This document shows, in pieces, positions 60,701 to 64,000 of a stretch of DNA of 64,000 nucleotides. How positions within the stretch are numbered: the stretch's first letter is position 1; each line of letters starts with the position of its first letter. The notes beneath the pieces were generated by a model. The model ran no database searches. It was not told where the DNA came from and saw nothing but the letters and a program-made list of their open reading frames with translations. Both the position numbers and the translations under genes were made by a program. The DNA lies in NCBI GenBank assembly GCA_977016875.1, contig CDRNST010000370.1, forward strand, positions 62,001-126,000, in the 5' to 3' direction. This stretch comes from Pavona decussata (lineage: Eukaryota).

Positions 60701-63616
60701 ACTTATGTAAAATGCTTTGACACTGGCTTGAAAAACCGCTAAAAGCAGACGTTTAGGTCTTCATCGATTATGATAGAGTGAAAAGGTGAAACAGTGAATT
60801 ATAAAAGTCAAAATTATTTAAATGCTAGGTCGTCATCGATTGTGATTAGGTGAAAAGTCGCAGCAATGAATTATTTTAGTCCAAAATTATGCAAATGTGC
60901 TTGGCGTGCGAGAAGACAGCAAATTAATAAAGGGAAGCGTAAATGTCAGGAATATCTACGTTGTCATTCCCTGCGTTGGGATCTCTATGACAATACCCCG
61001 TCGTTCAGTGTTTTGTTACAAAACGTTTGCTTTTCGAGCCAGTGTCAAAACATTTTACATATTTTAGTCATGAAATCCTGGCTTCAATGTTGGTAATGTT
61101 TTTACACTACGTACTAATTTCACTCTATTTCGCTTTTTTATAGCTACAACACTACAACCTTACAATATTACAACGTTACATTACAGAGATAAAAGCTCTC
61201 GACGTAACAAACAAAGGTTCTTTACAGGTAAGGAAACACTGATTCAGTTCTCAAATTTGCGAAAAAAAATTCCAAATAATTCGTGGTGTCAGTTCACATA
61301 ACATAAATACTTTTATGTTAAATTTATTTTGATTCCCCCCTGGACTGTGAATCCTATTTTAATACTTGGGGTGCATGATGAACGTTAGCATTTTCTACCT
61401 AAGTGCTTTACTGTTTAACACTAAAAGATACAGACACTACAAGTGAAAAAGTGCAAAAGTTATTTCACTTTATGAATATATCTAGAAAACGCAGGGGACA
61501 AGGTTTGCCATATTTTAAATGTTCACAGTTTCAAATATTATCGAAAACCATAACTGAATCGATTCACGAACAGTAATGTCACTTAAAGTCGTTGTATAAG
61601 AATGTCTGTTCTTATGCCGAGGAATTTTACATGTCATTTTTGCGATGTCAAACTTTGGTTTGGGGCAAAACGTTTATTTCGCGACAAAGTTAATTTACCT
61701 TTTACCGAATATCCTGTGTTATGGAATGCCACTGTTCCAAAATCGCACAATATATTTATCCACGAAACTATCCGATAACAATATTTTTTATCAATTTGAT
61801 GGCGGATATAAATTTACAGTGCTATTAAGTAAACTGTAATCAAGGTAAGTATCTCCCTAATATAATTTCGTGTTTTGCAATCCTCAGAATGCAACTAACA
61901 CCACCGTGAAACTTTTCAAAGAGCTGAAACAAGAAAAGCTGAAAAAGAACGATATCAATGTTTTGTTAGCAACTCGGGAATTGGAGTCATTCGCCACTAA
62001 GTATGGCAAGGTGCATTACAAAGTAAATGAAAGCAGCGTCATTACCAAACACCACTACGGTAAGTCAATGGCAGTGCTGTTAGGATACAGTGCAAAAAAT
62101 TGGACCACTTTTACATTAGGTTTACATTGGCTTGCATTCTCTAGCTTTCTCTAGCGTTGTGTAAGGAATTAATTTATATTCTTTATTTATTTAGAATGTT
62201 TATGATTAGTTGGATAATTTTTAGCTAAAATAATAGAGTAAACCTTCAACAAAAACCGGTTTTGTCACCTCAAGAAATGTACAATTTATTACTGTGAAAA
62301 GCAGGTTTTGGTCAGTCTACTTCACCAAATTCCTCCCTTTTTCCTCTTATTCAAAATCTTTTCTAATAACCGAAAAGGGCTAAAATAAGTGGAGAAAAAG
62401 AAAAGAACAAACATCTTTAACGACTATTCTCCTACACACTAAACAACAGATCCAGCGCAAATAAACTACTCGTTACGCAACTGTTTCTAAGAATATTCTC
62501 GTCCTAACCAACTCGTAATGAAAATCTACAAGGGCGCGTATCCGATCATCTATTGAAACGCGCGTGGTTATGTAACAAAGGGAAAACAAGCAGCTAGTTA
62601 AAAATCAACCACAGTTACAGTTATCTTTATTGTAATTCATGTTTAATTGAGTTTTTTTCTCAGCCAATTGGAATGATAAATGAAAATCTTGCGCTTGAAC
62701 AGTGCACCTTCATAAATCATTATTTTGCATAAGTATCTGGCCATTCTTCCCGACGTTCCAGCTCAACATGGCGGATTTTTTGAAATTGTGACGACTTTCA
62801 GATGTCACACTTCATGGCAGGTTACTCGTACACGCGGTTAAGCACAGACACCAATTAGTGTTTTTAAGCGATTTTCCTTGAGTTATTCTGATCTCCCAGG
62901 GTGGTAAGGCCGAAAGCGTGACGTCGCGACCCACAAAGAGGGAGCTTCACACGCCTGAAAGGTCAGTGTCTCCACCTGCTAGTCTCGCCTTCCATTACCT
63001 GGCTCTCTCCATTTCATACGAGGGACCAGCGTAACAGTAAGAAAAGACAAACTCTTTATCAGTTAATCAATATCTAAAATAAGTTGACGTAAACTGAACA
63101 TTTCCTCATTAATCCTCCAGCAATGAAAATCCAGAAAGTATCAGCCGATCACAAGGATGCGGTCATTTTCTCTCTTAATGAAAGAGAATACTCAGCTGAT
63201 GAAGGATGGGCGAGTATTTCCATCCCTTCAGCAACGTTTGGAATGAAAGGTAAACTACAACTGTCGCTTTGATGCTATTGGGAATTATTGTATAACAACT
63301 AGTACTACTTTTTGTGAATCGCGTGTGAGTTAGGCTGTGAAATATGTGTATCTCAACGTAATTTCCAGGCTTGACAAAACGAGGCTAAGTAACGAGAACG
63401 AGCGATAAAATAAAGAGACGCCTTAAGGTGATCTTCTTTCCAGAAAAAGACAACCACTAAGTTATTAAAAGACAGTGCATGGTTTGTTGTAATGCGATAT
63501 TCTTCTGTTGCTAATATAGTGATTGAACTTTTTTCCTTAGAAGCTGTTGTTGTATTCATGGTTTATAATGACATCAAGCAATGGGTCCCGGATGAAAAGC
63601 ATGTCAAATTAGAACG
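54797..63616 (+). CDS. Gene C: third adhesion GPCR paralog, 5' part only (signal peptide, one Cys-rich lectin-like domain, short stalk, start of GAIN); continues beyond the window
   Basis: Exons: 54797-54866, 57815-57995, 59270-59502, 59998-60080, 61144-61227, 61888-62059, 63121-63249, 63541-63616. Phases match genes A and B, as do the 172/129/76-nt GAIN exons (e.g. [31 protein letters not shown]). Confidence 0.88.
56632..56680. repeat. Heptamer tandem repeat (TTTGAC(G/A))n
   Basis: About 7 units. Confidence 0.9.
56843..57141. repeat. Diverged direct repeat with 164-bp period, inside a probable repeat element (~56744-57581)
   Basis: ATTAAA.T.TGCC...CTGATTGTCTT.AACAA...GGGGACCCACT...TGTGTGACGTCAAA at 56843 and 57007. 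Short inverted ends TTACGCGGAATGC / GCATTCCGTGTAA. Confidence 0.7.
57815..59502 (+). other. Gene C C-type-lectin-like module with a Cys-rich loop insertion (exons 57815-57995, 59270-59502)
   Basis: KCRERVARI...EYWTGLW-CIKADALPHCCCCW...LMCFVV...KQC...RYICEQ. Confidence 0.75.
58420..59076. mobile_element. Degraded Tc1/mariner-type MITE
   Basis: CAGTCGAACCC / GGGTTCGACTG termini, with TA on the right side only. Confidence 0.55.
60340..60499. mobile_element. Small MITE
   Basis: CTCGATTGCAAAAACGTTGTCACCT / AGGTGACAACGTTTTTGCAATCGAG inverted repeat, TA-flanked. Confidence 0.65.
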
Positions 63617-64000
63617 GTAGGTTCAAGTGATAACTAATAGTAGATTAATTTTCTGTGGCAAATTAAACGTACTACTCTCGGACGTCCAAGCAAGCCGTGA
63701 TATGATAGGGATAGGCGAGTCGATAGAAACCCTTTCCCTGGAATTTTTCTGGGTTACCGTTTGAAAGGCCTTTGTGTTTCGCTTTTGTCGACGTCCAATA
63801 TGACAGACAAAGTTTCGAGGGGGAATTGAGGAACTTCCTCTCCAGGTTCTTCACGGACGGCGGCGAAGACCCTAGCACACGCTGCGTGGACCCTGCGTAG
63901 AGTATTGTGTCGTGTGACACGCACTTGATTTTGGTATCTATCTGGCAGCCGATTTCATCCCGGAAAAAAGTGTAGCGAAGACGCTGGCTCCAATATACTG

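Noticed and set aside
741-63616. Assigning a vertebrate symbol such as ADGRD1 or ADGRL
   Set aside because: The 7TM resembles these families, but orthology cannot be established by eye and the array looks lineage-specific.
63670-64000. Start of another GC-richer repeat element
   Set aside because: Truncated by the window edge, with no second terminus or coding motif visible.

Overview
This is an AT-rich, intron-containing animal genomic window. Its repeat landscape resembles that of stony corals/anthozoans, but this is my inference and the taxon is not proven. The window is dominated by a head-to-tail tandem array of three paralogous adhesion GPCR genes on the + strand, which I reconstructed by hand from splice sites with consistent exon phases. 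Gene A spans 741-23031 (18 exons, ~838 aa, intact). Gene B spans 29518-51009 (20 exons, ~951 aa once an insertion is removed). Gene C starts at 54797 and runs past 63616 (8 exons seen, continues off the window). The shared architecture is signal peptide, divergent C-type-lectin-like domain(s) (1, 2 and 1 copies), Ser/Thr-rich stalk of variable length, GAIN/GPS (HL|TNFAVLM), 7TM and cytoplasmic tail; GPS, 7TM and tail are visible only for A and B. The lectin-like tips are highly divergent, while the GPS and 7TM exons are nearly identical. Gene B carries a 983-bp solo-LTR-like insertion (TG...CA, 4-bp TSD) inside its stalk exon and a decayed tandem duplicate of its first exon. Introns and intergenic DNA contain many decayed transposons (AcademH-like, Kolobok-like, Crypton-like, Tc1/mariner MITEs, LINE fragments, tRNA-derived SINEs, hairpin MITEs), microsatellites and two assembly gaps. 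All coordinates, translations and difference counts were made by eye.
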